Source of the DNA: Anaeramoeba ignava BMAN
Lineage: Eukaryota; Protista; Anaeramoebae
Direction: 5' to 3'
NCBI GenBank assembly: GCA_028826165.1
Contig: JAPDFW010000114.1
Location: forward strand, 620,001-684,000
Length of the DNA stretch: 64,000 nt
Each line of letters starts with the position of its first letter. Within the stretch, counting starts at the first letter, position 1. Of this stretch, positions 36,459 to 50,262 are shown piece after piece. Made by a program: the position numbers and the translations under genes. The notes beneath the pieces were generated by a model. That model was not told where the DNA came from. It did no database searches and saw nothing but the letters and a program-made list of their open reading frames with translations.

Positions 36459-39400
36459 ATGTCTTTATTAAAAAATTTATTTAAATTAAATTTAAAAAGA
36501 ATTAAGGATCAAAAATTATTTTCTTTTTATTTTTCAACTTCTTCAAATCAAAAAAAATTACAAGAATTATGGAAAGAAAGAGAAAACCAACAAGTTTGTT
36601 ATTTAAATTTAAAATTAATTTATTAAAATTATTAAAATTTTTTAAAAATTTTTTTAAACAAAAAAAAAATAAGTCAAACAAAATTCAATCTTTTATTTCC
36701 TTTTCTAAATTATTTTTAAATTCTTATTCTAAATGGAATCCTAATTTAAAATCTTTTCAAAAAAATGAAGAAAATTTTCAAAAAAATTCAAAAAAATTAA
36801 ATAATAAAGAAGAATTTATTAAAATTATTCAAAAAGATTTAATTCATCCAGTTGATCTTATTAGTGAAGTTATTCATTATATTAATATATTTTGTTATGA
36901 AATTTTAGGTTTGAATAAGAAAAAAATTTAATTGAAAACAGAATATTTTTATTTTTATTATTTTTATTATTTTTCAGTTAAATTTAAATTTAAATTAGAT
37001 GATCAAGAAAAAAACAAATTTCTTGAACCTCCTTTAAAATCAAAAAATAGAATTGAAAAAATTCAAAAAGAATCTCTTTCTTTTAATGAATATTCTTTGA
37101 ATTCTCAATTTCAAATTGGAATTTCTTTAGAAATGACAAAAATATTATCAAAATCTTTTTATAACCAAGATTTATTTCTTCATTTAAATTTATTTGATTC
37201 AATTTGTTATTTATTTGAAATTTCTAATAATTTAATTTCAAAATTTTTAGAAGAAAAAGTAAATTATTTAATTCTTTTTAAAAAATTTTTAATAATTTTA
37301 AAAAAATTTTGTTTTTAATTTGAAAATAGATTGAAAATGAATCTACTGAATATTGTGAAATTTATTATCTTGTTGATTTTATAATGAATTCTATTCTGGA
37401 AATTTATTCAAATTTTCTTGAATCTCAAAATGAATTTCAAAATCCATTTTTTAAAATAAATAGACTTTTTACTGAATATAAATTAATAGAAAATTTAGAA
37501 AGTAAATTATCAATAATTATTAATAATCAAAAATCAAATTTACTTATTATTTTTATTTAATAGTTTTATTGAAAAATATCAAAGAAATTGAATCAAAATT
37601 TAATGTTACAATTCAATTTTATGATTTACATTTATGTGTTCTTGATTTTTTTAGAATGATAAATCAAAAATATTCAATTCCCGAAAATCAAATTAAATCT
37701 CTTATTTCATTAGCTTTTTCAAATTTAAAACCACCACCAAATTCTTTACCTCATTTCGAACATTTATTTTTATTTAGTCAAAATAAAATAACAAAATTTT
37801 CCAAAATGTTTAATTATTTTGAAATTGAAATTGAAAATGAAAATCAAAATCAAAATCAAAATGAAAATGAAAATCAAAATCAAAATCAAAATCAAAATGA
37901 AAATGAAAATGAAAATCAAAATCAAAATGAAAATCAAATCAAAATCAAAATGAAATTGAAAATCAAAATGAAAATGAAAATCAAAATGAAAATCAAAATG
38001 AAAATGAAATTGAAAATGAAAATCAAAATCAAAATCAAAATGAAAATGAAAATGAAAATCAAAATCAAAATGAAAATCAAAATCAAAATGAAAATCAAAA
38101 TCAAAATCAAAATCAAAATGAAAATCAAATTCAAATTAAAAATCAAAATGAAAATGAAAATGAAAATGAAAATCAAAAATGAAAATGAAAATGAAAATGA
38201 AAATGAAAATCAAAATGAAAATTTAAAAATCAAAAATAAAAAATTGAAAATGAAAATGAAAATCAAAAAAAAATCAAAATCAAAATCAAATCAAAATCAA
38301 AATCAAAATCAAAATCAAAATGAAAATCAAAATCAAAATGAAAATCAAAAATCAAAATCAAAATCAAAATGAAAATCAAAATCAAAATGAAAATGAAAAT
38401 CAAAATCAAAATCAAAATCAAAATCAAAATCAAAATCAAAATCAAAATCAAAATCAAATTGAAAATCAAAATCAAAATCAAAATCAAAATGAAAATCAAA
38501 TGAAAATCAAAATGAAAATTTAATAAAAAAATGATAGTTCAAAATCAAAATGAAAATTGAAAAAAAATCAAAATCAAAAAAAACAAAATTTCAAAATCAA
38601 AAATCAAAATCAAAATCAAAATCAAAATATAAATTTAATAAATGAAAATTTAATAAAAAGATGATGGTTCTTTTATTGAAAAATATCCATTTCTTTAAAA
38701 ACAATTTTTTCACGAATTTGAAAACTCTTTAGAAAAATATCCATTTCCAAATTAATAACTGATTATTTTTGATTTTTGCTTTGGGCTTCAATTACTTTTC
38801 CTTCAAGAACTTTTGAAAGTTTAAAAAAATTTAAATTTTTTAATTCAAAAAATCCTCAAAATCCAAAAAAAAGTAAGATATTTAAAAATAATAATAAAAA
38901 TATTTAGTTTATTATTTTTTTTATTCTTTAGTAATTAGAAGATTACCTGAACCTATTCCCTTTGAAGAAAATGACATGTTCTCAAATATTGAAATTTTTG
39001 ATACAATTAATTATAAACTTAAAATATTTCAAAAACAATTCAAAATTAACTCTTATGCAAATATAGTTTGTAATCCAAAAATTGAACAGATATTTCATTT
39101 ATTAAATCACATTTATGAAATTGCAATTCAAAATAAGAGCCAAGATAAGAGTCAAGATAAAGATCAAACCAATTTAAATTCTCAATTAGTATCATCAATA
39201 AAAAACAAAAAAACAGAAAAGAATATAAAATATTCAAATCAAATTGATTATGGATTAGCAATATGTCACCGAATAATTGATTCATTACTAAATATATTTA
39301 ATGACAAATATAACCCAACAGAATCAAATCAAAAATCAAGAGATTATATTTTAAATTTTAATTGTGAATTACAATTTTTTGTTCTTAATTTTTTCTCTGA

Positions 39401-42400
39401 TTTGATTTTACGTAAATTACTTTATGTTCATAACCTAAATTTATGGAATACATTGTTTTCTAAATATTTCTATTACAGAGTTAACGAGGTAATAATTTAA
39501 ATATAAAATTTCAAATTTTAAATTTTAATTCTAATTTTAATTTTAATTTTAATAGAATTTAAAGGATAATCAATTACATCCAGTTATGTTTCCAAGATCT
39601 TCAAAATTTTCTTTTCCAATTTTTTTATTTATCTTCCCAAGAAGGAAATTTATCAAAAGAACAAATCCAAATTCTTCTTCAATTTTGCCATCAAAATCAT
39701 TCCAATATAGAAACATTACTTCATCTTTTACGTTTATTAATGAATGTTTTGTTGTTAAGATCGAATGAAGTAACAAATTTAATACAAACTTCTGGAATAG
39801 ACAATACTCTTTACAGAATTATCCAAGATTTACAACAAATACATATGGAAAATATTGGAAATAAACAAGAGTCATTTCCTTATCATTTCCCAACTTTTAT
39901 TAAATTAAGATATTTGCTTTTGGAATTGTTGAATATTTTAATAGAAAAAATTTGCAAAGAACAAATTGTTAAAAATACAAAATCAGCGATAATAACACTT
40001 TGCAAAATTTTAAAGCCTTTATCAAATCTAGTGGTTGAAGCTGAAACAAGACAATTTGCACTCAAACATATTCAGAATATCCTTTTTACAATCGATGAGA
40101 ATTTACAATCAGATGCCATATTAATTTTTGAAGAAGTTATTAGTTTGATTGTTCGACTTAAAGATAAAAAAATCTCAATTTTAAATGGTGAAAATCAAAA
40201 TAATCAAATAGAAAACGCTCAAATTATCCAAAAAATTTTGCAAAAAATTTCAAATATTCTCAAACAAAAACCAAAACCTCTTCAAAATATCCTCATCAAA
40301 TCTGGAATATTTGATTTGTTAATATCTCTTATTCAACATCAAAATATCGGAAATATTTTGGTTATTGATGTTCTTGATCTGCTTAAAAGTCTATTTCATA
40401 AAAGTAGAAAAACTCCACAAATGTTTAAAGAAAAAATTGGTTCTCAAAAATTTGCAGAATCTATATTGATTGCAGAAAATGAAAAACCAAGAGAAGAAAT
40501 ATATAAAATATTGCTGGATATGATGGTTGAAGAAGGAGGATTTGAAATGGAAAGCAATTTTATTATTCAAAATCCAGAAATTGTAACAATAATATTCCAT
40601 GTTTTTGCAATAAAAGGGAACGAATTTCTTCCTAGTATTCTGGATACATTTTGCGAACTTTGCGAAAAATCAGTTCATAATAGAGCATGTTGTTCAAATG
40701 TGGGATTGATTTCATTTTTAGTTAAATTAATCCCAATATTTAGTGATAATCAAAATACTCAAATCAAAATTACAAAATTGATTGGTATTATTGGTTCTCA
40801 AAGAGTTATTGTTAAGGAATTAAAACTCTTTTTTTCTCTTCTTAAAAGTTTACCTGGAAATTTCAGACCTCCTTATTCAGCATTAATTTTATCTGCAATG
40901 AAACAAATGTCTCAAAAACAAGAAGAAGGTCCAAAAGTTTTTTTCAATTTCAAATCCAAAAATGCAAGTTTATCAATCCCAAAAATACCCAAATGGCCTC
41001 AAAAAGGTTATTCTTTTTGTACATGGATTCGATTTGAAACTTTCCAAGATTCATTTAATCAAAAATCTCAATCATACCAACATCTTTTGTTTTATTTTTA
41101 TAATGATAAATCTCAAGGAATTGAATCACTTTTTCGCACTTCGGAAGATGAAATTAACACAAATAAACAACAACAAATAACAACGATAACAACAACAATC
41201 CCACAAAATACTTATAATGATTCAGTAATTTTCCCACTTGATTCAAATTTGGAAAATGATAATGATAATTATAATTATAATATTTCTGGAATAAATGATT
41301 CTATTACAAAAACAAAATCAATTTCGACAAAACACACAATTTCTTTTGTACTTCGAATATCATCAAATGCAAATCAAACAGAATTCATTCAAATACCGTT
41401 TGAAATTGATTTGCGAAAATGGTATTTTGTTTCCATTATTCACACACCATCCAGATGGTCTTCAACAGCAGAAGTCAAACTTTTTCTGAATGGGAAATTC
41501 ATAAACTCTAGTTTTCTAAAATATCCCAAATTGCAAAATCTTTCAAATAACATTATCGGAAATAAACTTGATGGAGGAGAATCTTTTCTTGGACAAATAG
41601 GAACTATTTATTTCTTCAACGATGGATTATCACAAACACAAATTGAGGAAATTTATCAACTTGGACCAAAGTATATGTATTCGTTTCATCCATCTGAATT
41701 GAATGAAAGTTTTGGTAAATTGTGGAAGAAATTTAGTATTTTTGATGGAGAATTAAATAGCAAAATTTTCTTGAATTATAATATCAAAGCAAGCAATGAT
41801 ATTCATTGTTTTGATCAATCTCCACAAGTAAGAAAAGACCAACAAGATAAAGCAAAGTTATCGGGAATGTTTAAGTGTATTACAACAAGTATTTACGATA
41901 TAGTTTATTGTATTGGAGGTGTTAAGGTGTTTTTCCCTTTGATTATCCAGTTAGATCAACCTATCGGAACACCAGAAAATATCAATTTTGGAAAATTAAA
42001 GGAAATGCAAAATATCGATTATTCAATTGATCCTGAACTATCAAAACAAATTTTCGATATCATTGTGGATATTTTGGTTCATAGCTCCTCAAACCAAGAA
42101 GATATGGTCCGTTCAGATGGTTTTGCTATTATAAGCTTTCTGTTTAAAAATATAAACTCAAAATATATTACATATTCAATAATTGAATCAACAAAAAGAT
42201 TGATTTTAACAGTTCAAAACTCAGCATTTCTTAAAGATTTGATTGAAAATTTCATATTGAATTATGACCATTGGATTTACAGTGATTTTGAAATTCAAAA
42301 AGAATTGATCGACATCATCAAAATGATAAATTCTTCTCAAAAAAATTTCAACAAAAATAATAATAATAATAACAATTATAAAACACAAAATAATGATGAA

Positions 42401-45400
42401 CAGTATATTGACTACACAATCAAAATTCAGGATTTAATTGATATTATTCAGTTCTATTTTTGGAAAAAACCACAAAAATTTTCAAGAGCTAAAATTCAAG
42501 AAAAATATCATCCAGTAACAGGAGAAATAATCTCAAAAAGACCAAACGAAACCCAAATTGAAAATCTTCGGAAAGAATACTTGCATTTAATCAGAAGTAA
42601 CAATGAATATCAATTATGATCCAAAAAATTTAATATCATTACTAAAAAATTGTTTTGTGATTAAAGATAATGATATGATCTTAAACTTTTTGGAACAAAT
42701 CCAGAGAATGTTTCTTCATAACTTTGAAAATTGCGTGAGATTATTAGAGGAAAATCATTTTATGGATCCATTTATAGCACTAATTAATTCCAGTAATCAA
42801 GAAGTTGGGGAATTTTGTTTGAAAATATTATGTCAATTACATCACCAATGCTTGAAATATCAAAGAGAACAAAAAATAAAAAATCAATCACATAGAAACG
42901 AATCTCCATCAACACCTCCTCAACATGGTTTAGGCAAATCAGCTGAAAGTCCAAAAATGAAAAATTATATAAAGGATGATAGCGATAATAATATTTGCGG
43001 CAAATTACATTCTCGATTCTCAACAAAATCAGGAGTTCAAGTTTTTCTTGGAGTTGTTATTAAATTGGAATTTACAGAGATTGTTTCCTCTCTTCTTTTT
43101 TTTGTTTTAACAGGAAATGACTTAGTAATTCAGAAAATAGAAAAAAAAGCAGAAGCTCCAAGAATTATCAATATATATTTCCTTCAAGTTTTGTTCCATA
43201 TGATCCATCAATCTCGAAATGAAGTTGGGATTGCATCATTGAAAATTCTTTTATGGATGTTCAAAAAAAACAAATTAAATCGAGAAATCGTCATTCAACA
43301 AACCAAATTGGCCACAAATATTTTTATATTCCTTTTCATTTGATGCATTGCAATATTCTTTTGAAAATCAAAATGAAAATCAAAACCGTCCTCTTTCAGA
43401 AATCAATAATTATATTTTCAAGATATTTGGAGTAATTCTTGTACCTTTATTATTGGAGAATGATATTTTCATTCAGCAATTAGAAAAGGTTCTTCTCTCA
43501 ATCAATTTGTTTTTCATTAAAACTCCGAAAGCAAAAGATGTCACAACTAATTTATTTTTTAAATCAATTTTGAAAATATTTGACAAAAAAATAAAAGCAG
43601 CTATCCAAGAAGAATTAGAACAAATAGATGATCAAGAGAAAAATCAAAATATTCAAAACGAAATCAAATTACAAGCAGTTTCCAAATGGAAAAACAACCC
43701 AAATTTCATGTTGAATATCCAGCATTTAATTAAATCTATTGGATATTACGCACTTTTTATTGAGAAAAAGAAAAAATAAGTCACAGTTTGACTTCAGAAA
43801 ACATTGCTCAAGAATTAAGACCATTATCAAAGCTGCGTTCATCTTATTCTTTGAGAATAGACAGAAAAACACAGGAAACTGTTTCTCATCGAAAATTGCA
43901 AACATCACAAAAAAGAAGCACTTTATCGAAACTTCTTAAGAAAAGAAAAGATGATAATTATGATGGTGATGATGATGAACAAAAATTGAAAAACCAAGAT
44001 ATTCAGTTGGGGAAATACTACAGAAAAATACCCAAAACAAAGAAATGGGAAGATGAAGATTTGGTAATTGAACTTTTGAATGTGATCAAGCAAGTTCATA
44101 TTTTTGAAGAATCCATGACTTATCAAGATGGGAAGCTATTAGTTGATGTTTATAACATAATGCTCCAACTTATATTGATTCTGATTGAAAAATCTGATGA
44201 ATTCAAAATAGTTCAGTATCTCAGCGACTTCCAAGATCTTTTCATTTTTTCGAAGTTATTCATCCCAACAGATGGAGAGAATTACAATTTGCAGTTCCCA
44301 TTAAACACGATAAACTCTTCGTGTTGGAAAGATGGGATTTTGTTTACATTATACAAATTATTTCGATATGTAATTTCCCAAGAAATACCGCAAAAACAGA
44401 ATCCAAAAAATTTAAATATCCTCCAAACAATTACAAATACAAATGATAGTGTTGATACCGATACAAAACAAGAAAAGAATACAGATTCGTTCTCTCCAGT
44501 GAATCTAACTAAATACGAAACACTTATTTATTTTATCCAGACACTATTTAGAGATTGTTGGGGATTTTTGTCCAGTATGCTAGTTGATGAGAAAGAAGAG
44601 CTATTGGTTGGCATTCAAGATATAAATGATTTACCTACTAAATTTGTTTATCATCAATATCGGATCAATGAAAATGCAAAATGGAAAATCATTTTGAATG
44701 AGAAGATATTCCCAGAATATTCAAAATTTGTCAATCAGAGACAACAAGAAAAAATTACTCAAATTATGGAATTTAACCAAAAAATGGGAAATATGAGACT
44801 TGAGCAAGAAGGTGAAGAAAGTAAATTATTTAGTGCAAGTCAAAAAACACAGAAAAAAATTGTTCAATGGAGCGACACAGTATATAGAGGCGAAAAACAG
44901 AGAATCAAACAGATATATGCCGATTATATTCGCAAAAAATAGATATATCCAAAAGAAATGGCGAGAAATATTGCGAAGTCTTACTAACGAAAGAGGTCCT
45001 TGGGGAAATCAAGATCAAGACCAGCAAAAAGAAAAGCACTGGAAGATTGATAAAATTGAAGACAACTCGCGAAGAAGGAAAAAAATGAAAATTAATTACC
45101 ATTTTGATTCACATTTTGAAGCCTCAATAAGAAGAGACAAAGGAACAGAAACTGAAATGGAACGGTTAATAAAAGAGCACCAACAAAGAATTCGAGTTTC
45201 TGACAAGTTCAAATCAATCACATCAGGAATACAAATGATCCCAGAATACAAAACAAAAGAAAACAGTGCATTCTCAAAAAATATTGATGAGAATGATATT
45301 TCCGAAAAAAGTTCCTTTGATTTATATTCTGAGTCTCAACAATCCAACCAAATGAATAATATGGATTCAACACAAAAAAAAGAGGCAATTATTTTTCATG

Positions 45401-47865
45401 GCAATTGCGAAATGATTAAACCTCTTGCCATTTTAAAGGGAGCCTTGGAAATCTCAGGAAGATTGATGAAGTTTTATGTCTATTCAAAATATGAATCCTA
45501 TCATTCAATGAATAAAAACTCAAATAAAGATGAAAACTCGCCGAATCAAAGCATGGAAAGCGAGGATGAAGTCAAAGTTCCAACCAAGATTTATACCTGG
45601 GAAATTGATAATATTAAAGAAATCTATAAACGAAGATACTTATTAAGACAATCTGCACTGGAATTCTTTATGATTGATCACACAAATTTCTTTGTCAATT
45701 TAGAACTTGATTATACAAATATAGTTTTCCATAAAATTATTGAAATGAAACCTGAACATTTATTATTTCAAAACATTCAAACGCCGAAAAGAATATTTAA
45801 GCAATCACAAGTAGTGCAACAATGGCAACGCCGTCAATTATCTAATTTTGAATATTTGATGAAATTGAACACAATCGCAGGCCGTTCTTATAATGATATT
45901 TCTCAATATCCTATTTTTCCATGGATTTTATCAAATTATGAAAGTGAAACTATTGATCTTTCAGATCCAAAAAATTATCGAGATCTTTCACTTCCTGTTG
46001 GAGCATTAAATGCGAAGAGAATTCCTGAATTGGATGAAAGATATAACGAATTTAAAAACACAGATATTCCACCATTTCATTATGGGTCTCATTATTCTAG
46101 TTCAGGTGAATAATATATAATTTAAAATTTAAAAATTGGATTAAAAAATTAAATTAAAAATTTGAAAATATTAGGAATTGTCCTCTTTTACTTAATTCGT
46201 CTTGAACCTTTTACAACCCTCAGTATCAAGCTCCAGGGAGGGAAATTTGATTCAGCAGATCGGCTATTTTGGACAATAAGAGGAACATGGAGTTTTTGTT
46301 ATAATGAAATTTCTGATGTCAAAGAACTAATCCCTGAATTTTTTTATTTACCCGAATTTTTATACAACTCAAATAACTTTGATTTTGGAAGAAGACAATC
46401 AAAGGAAAAAATAGATGATTGCATTCTTCCTCCATGGGCAAAAACAGCAGAGGATTTCATAAGAATTAACAAAGAATCACTTGAAAGTGATTATGTTTCT
46501 GAACACTTGAATGAATGGATTGATTTGATTTTTGGATACAAACAAAGAGGAAAAGCAGCAGTCGAAGCAAGGAATGTTTTCTATTATCTCACTTATGAAG
46601 ACATGTGCAATATCGACAATATTAACGATCCAAATGAAAGAGAATCAATCGTTTCGCAAATTGAAAATTTCGGACAAACTCCAACTCAATTACTTACTAA
46701 ACCACATGCAAAACGCTATTCAAGACAGCACATCTTGGAATCCATTTCATCAAGCTATTTGTATTGGAGAATCAAAGAAATGAGTAATATCCGAGGTTTA
46801 ACAATTGATGTTGTTTCAAATCCAATCATTTTTATCGCAATTTCAAAAGTGGATGATGTTGTTTCGTTTCTTGGGATTCCTGACCATATTATTATTGTCG
46901 ATTCAAGTAGAGATGTTCTAATCAATTCGTGGAGCATTACTCCCATTATAACTCAATCCCGAAATGGATTTACTGACAAAAAAGAAATCCAGGAAAATAA
47001 CCAACAAAATCAAAGATCGCCTTCGATCCGAAATCGTTTCCAAGAAATCCCTCAGTTCACATTCGAAATAGACCCTTTACTTCACAGAAGACCCAAAATT
47101 GGGGTCACATTTGATCATGAAATCAAATTTTTCCAGAATTGTTTGACAACAACAGAAACACAAAAATTATTGATCAGTTGTGGATTTTGGGATGATAGTT
47201 TCAAATTGACAAATCTGGAAAGTATGCAACTAATCCAAAGCAACAGAAAACACAAGGATATTGTGACCTGTTTGAAGTTTGAGAAGAATATATTAGTAAC
47301 AGGCTCCAGAGACACAACAGTGATGCTATGGAAATTCAACACCAAAATTGGGCAATTCGATCAAGAACCAATAAATATCCTTTATGGACACGATGACGAA
47401 GTAAACTGCGTCGATATAAGCACCAATTTGGATGTTGTTGTTTCTGGTTCAAAAGATGGAACAGTTATTATCCATACTTTGAACCAAGGAAAATATGTCA
47501 GATCCATTTTCGATCCACAAAAAAATCCTATTGATTTACTCTCACTTTCTTCTGAAGGACATATTGTCATGTTTTCTGAAAAAAATTCATCACTTTCTGT
47601 TTATTCAATTAATGCAAAATTGTTATGTTCCAAAAAATTGGTTTCTCATTTAAATTGTTGGGTTATTTCAAAAGATTCAGAATTTTTATTGGTTGGAACT
47701 AAAAAAGGAAATCTTGAAGTTTTATATCTTCATAATTTGGAAGTTTATCATTCTTTCTTTTTAGGTCATTCAATTTCTGCAATTACTTTAAGTGAAAATG
47801 AAAGATATTTATTAGCAGGTCTTGAAAATGGGAAATTGTTTATTGGATGTTTTGTTTATAACTAA
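36459..47865 (+). CDS. BEACH-domain protein (neurobeachin/LRBA/Lvs-like: ARM, ConA/laminin-G-like, PH, BEACH, WD40); the 5' exon structure is less certain and there are several 1-nt indels
   Basis: KWPQKGYSFCTWIRFE, IGGVKVFFPL, ERGPW, RRYLLRQSALEFF, QWQRRQLSNFEYLMKLNTIAGRSYNDISQYPIFPW, HYGSHYSS, DVKELIPEFFYLPEFL, WIDLIFGYKQRG, NFGQTPTQL, then WD40 repeats. Confidence 0.93.
37820..38630 (+). repeat. (AATCAA/AATGAA)n tract inside the BEACH gene
   Basis: Direct tandem repeat with register slips. Confidence 0.85.
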
Positions 47866-48079
47866 AAAATTCAAATTCAAAATCAAAATCAAAATCAAAA
47901 TCAAAATGAAATTCAAAATAAAAAATTGAAATTTAATTTAATTTAAATTTAAAATTGTTGACTTTTTTTCCTTAATTGTTTTAATTGGAAAGGATTAAAA
48001 AAGAAAAAAAGAATTAAAAAAGAAATTGAATGAAAAAAATTTGAAAGAAAAAAATTTGAAAAAACTTGAAAGGAAAAAT

Positions 48080-50170
48080 TTAATCACTATCAGATGATTC
48101 AGTACTAGATTCTGAACTTTTTTTTTGTGCTTGATCATTATCACTATTTAAATTAATATCACTTTGAGAATCTTTTTCATCTTTTTTTTCTTTTTCATCA
48201 CCACTTTTCTTATCACTTTCTTTATCACTTTCTTTATCACTTTTCTTTTCATCATCACTTTTCTTTTCATCATCACTTTTCTTTTTGTTATTTTTCTTTT
48301 CATCATCTGAATCACTTTCTCTTTTTTCAAAAATAATAGAATCTGGTAAATGATTTATTGATTCAAGTTGTTTTCTTAAGTTGTTATTTCTTGTTTCATA
48401 ATATTCAACTTCTTTTTCTGTTAAAGAAATTAATGCTCTTTTTGTTATTTGTAATTGTGAGTTTTTGAAATCTTTTGCTGCTTGAAGTTTCTCTGAATTT
48501 GTTTTTTTCACTAAATTCATGAGGTGTTTTACTTTATCTTCTCTGTTTTGAATATCTTGTACAATTTGATCCATTTTTTGTTGTGGAACTTTTCCTTCGG
48601 ATTTATCTTTTGTAAGTTTTGCTTTTTCTAATCTTTGATGTTCGTTATGATATTCTTGTTCTGTTGCTTTGGCTTTTTGAACAACAGCCATGTATTCTCG
48701 ATATTTACTGAGAATAGATCTTTTTGATTTAATTTTAATTTTTCAATATATTTTTAATTTTAAATTTAAATAAATTATTACTGTAATGTTTGAATAAAAC
48801 TAGAATAAATGTTGATTAGATTAGTATCATCTTTGTTTTGTTCTCCAATTTGTACCAAAATTTTAGGACTAAATTCAAATAAAAAGTTAAATAAAAATTC
48901 AAATAAAAATTCAAATAAAAATTCAAATAAAAATTCAAATAAAAATTTAATTAAAAATTAAATAAAAAGTTAATTAAAAAATTAATTAAAAAGTTAATTA
49001 AAATTTAATTAGAAAGTTAAAAAGTTAATTAGAAAAAAGAAATTAGAAATTTAAATAAAAAGTTAATTAAAAGTTAATTAAAAAGTTAATTAAAATTCAA
49101 TTAAAAATCAAATAAAAGTTAATTAAAAATTCAAATAAAAATTCAAAGTTAATTAAAAATTTAATTAAAAGTTAATTAAAAGTTAATTAAAAGTTAATTA
49201 AAAAGTTAATTAAAAAGTTAAATAGAAATTTAATTAAAAATTTAATTAAAAATTCAAATAAAAAGTTAATTAGAAAGTTAATTAAAAAGTTAAATAAAAA
49301 GTTAATTAAAATTTAATTAGAAAGTTAATTAAAAAGTTAATTAAAAAGTTAAATAAAAAGTTAATTAAAAATTTAATTAGAAAGTTAATTTAAGAAAAGT
49401 TAATTAAAAAATTTAATTAAAAATTTAATTAGAAATTTAATTAAAAGTTAATTAAAAGTTAATTAATTAAAAGTTAATTAGAAATTTAATTAAAAATTTA
49501 ATTAGAAATTTAATTAAAAATTTAATTAGAAATTTAATTAAAAAGTTAATTAAAAATTTAATTAAAAATTTAATTAAAAATTTAATTAGAAATTTAATTA
49601 AAAAGTTAATTAGAAATTTAATTAAAAATTTAATTAGAAATTTAATTAAAAAGTTAATTAAAAAGTTAATTAGAAATTTAATTAAAAATTTAATTAAAAA
49701 TTTAATTAAAAAGTTAATTAAAAAGTTAATTAGAAAGTTAATTAGAAAGTTAATTAGAAAGTTAATTAAAAAGTTAATTAAAAAGTTAATTAAAAAGTTA
49801 ATTAAAAAGTTAATTAGAAATTTAATTAAAAGTTAATTAAAAATTTAATTAAAAATTTAATTAAAAAATTTAAAATTAGATTTATTTGAAAAATGAGGAA
49901 TAATACAAGAAATCTTTAAGTTGTCCATCATGAAGAGATTTTTGCCATTCTTCAGCATATTTCATTAAATTAGAATTTTGCTTAATGTTTGTTTGAAGTG
50001 AAGTGTTTAATTTTTGTTTTTCATTCTTTTTATTTTTTTTTTAATTTTAATAAAAAAAATTTTTTTTTTTTAATTTAAAAAAGATAAAATGGAAAAGAAA
50101 AATTTACAATGAAAGATTGAAGTTCTTTTAAGGGTTTAATTTCTTTAATTGAATCAGCAGTAAGTGTCAT
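48080..50170 (-). CDS. Helical coiled-coil (possibly BAR-like) protein with an acidic/Ser-rich tail; exons 50170-50108, 50025-49907, 48868-48782, 48719-48080
   Basis: Phase-consistent GT-AG introns give MTLTADSIKEIKPLKELQSFI|NEKQ...DFF PKIL...TLQ SILSKYREYMAVV. The segment DFKNSQLQITKRALISLTEKEVEYY is reminiscent of BAR helix 3 (inference). Confidence 0.7.
48870..49880. repeat. 12-nt minisatellite (AAAAGTTAATTA / AAAATTTAATTA)n filling an intron
   Basis: Direct tandem repeat inside intron 49906-48869. Confidence 0.92.
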
Positions 50171-50262
50171 TTTAAAATGAAGGAAAAAAATGAAAAAAAT
50201 GAAAAAAATGAAAACAATTTTTTTTTGCTTTTTTTTTCATTTTTTTTTTCTTTTTAAAATAA
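50171..50262. promoter_or_regulatory. 92-bp bidirectional promoter region with TTTCATTT motifs facing each gene
   Basis: Divergent ATGs at 50170 (-) and 50263 (+). AAATGAAA copies at 50175-50213 and TTTTCATTTT at ~50234-50244. Confidence 0.6.
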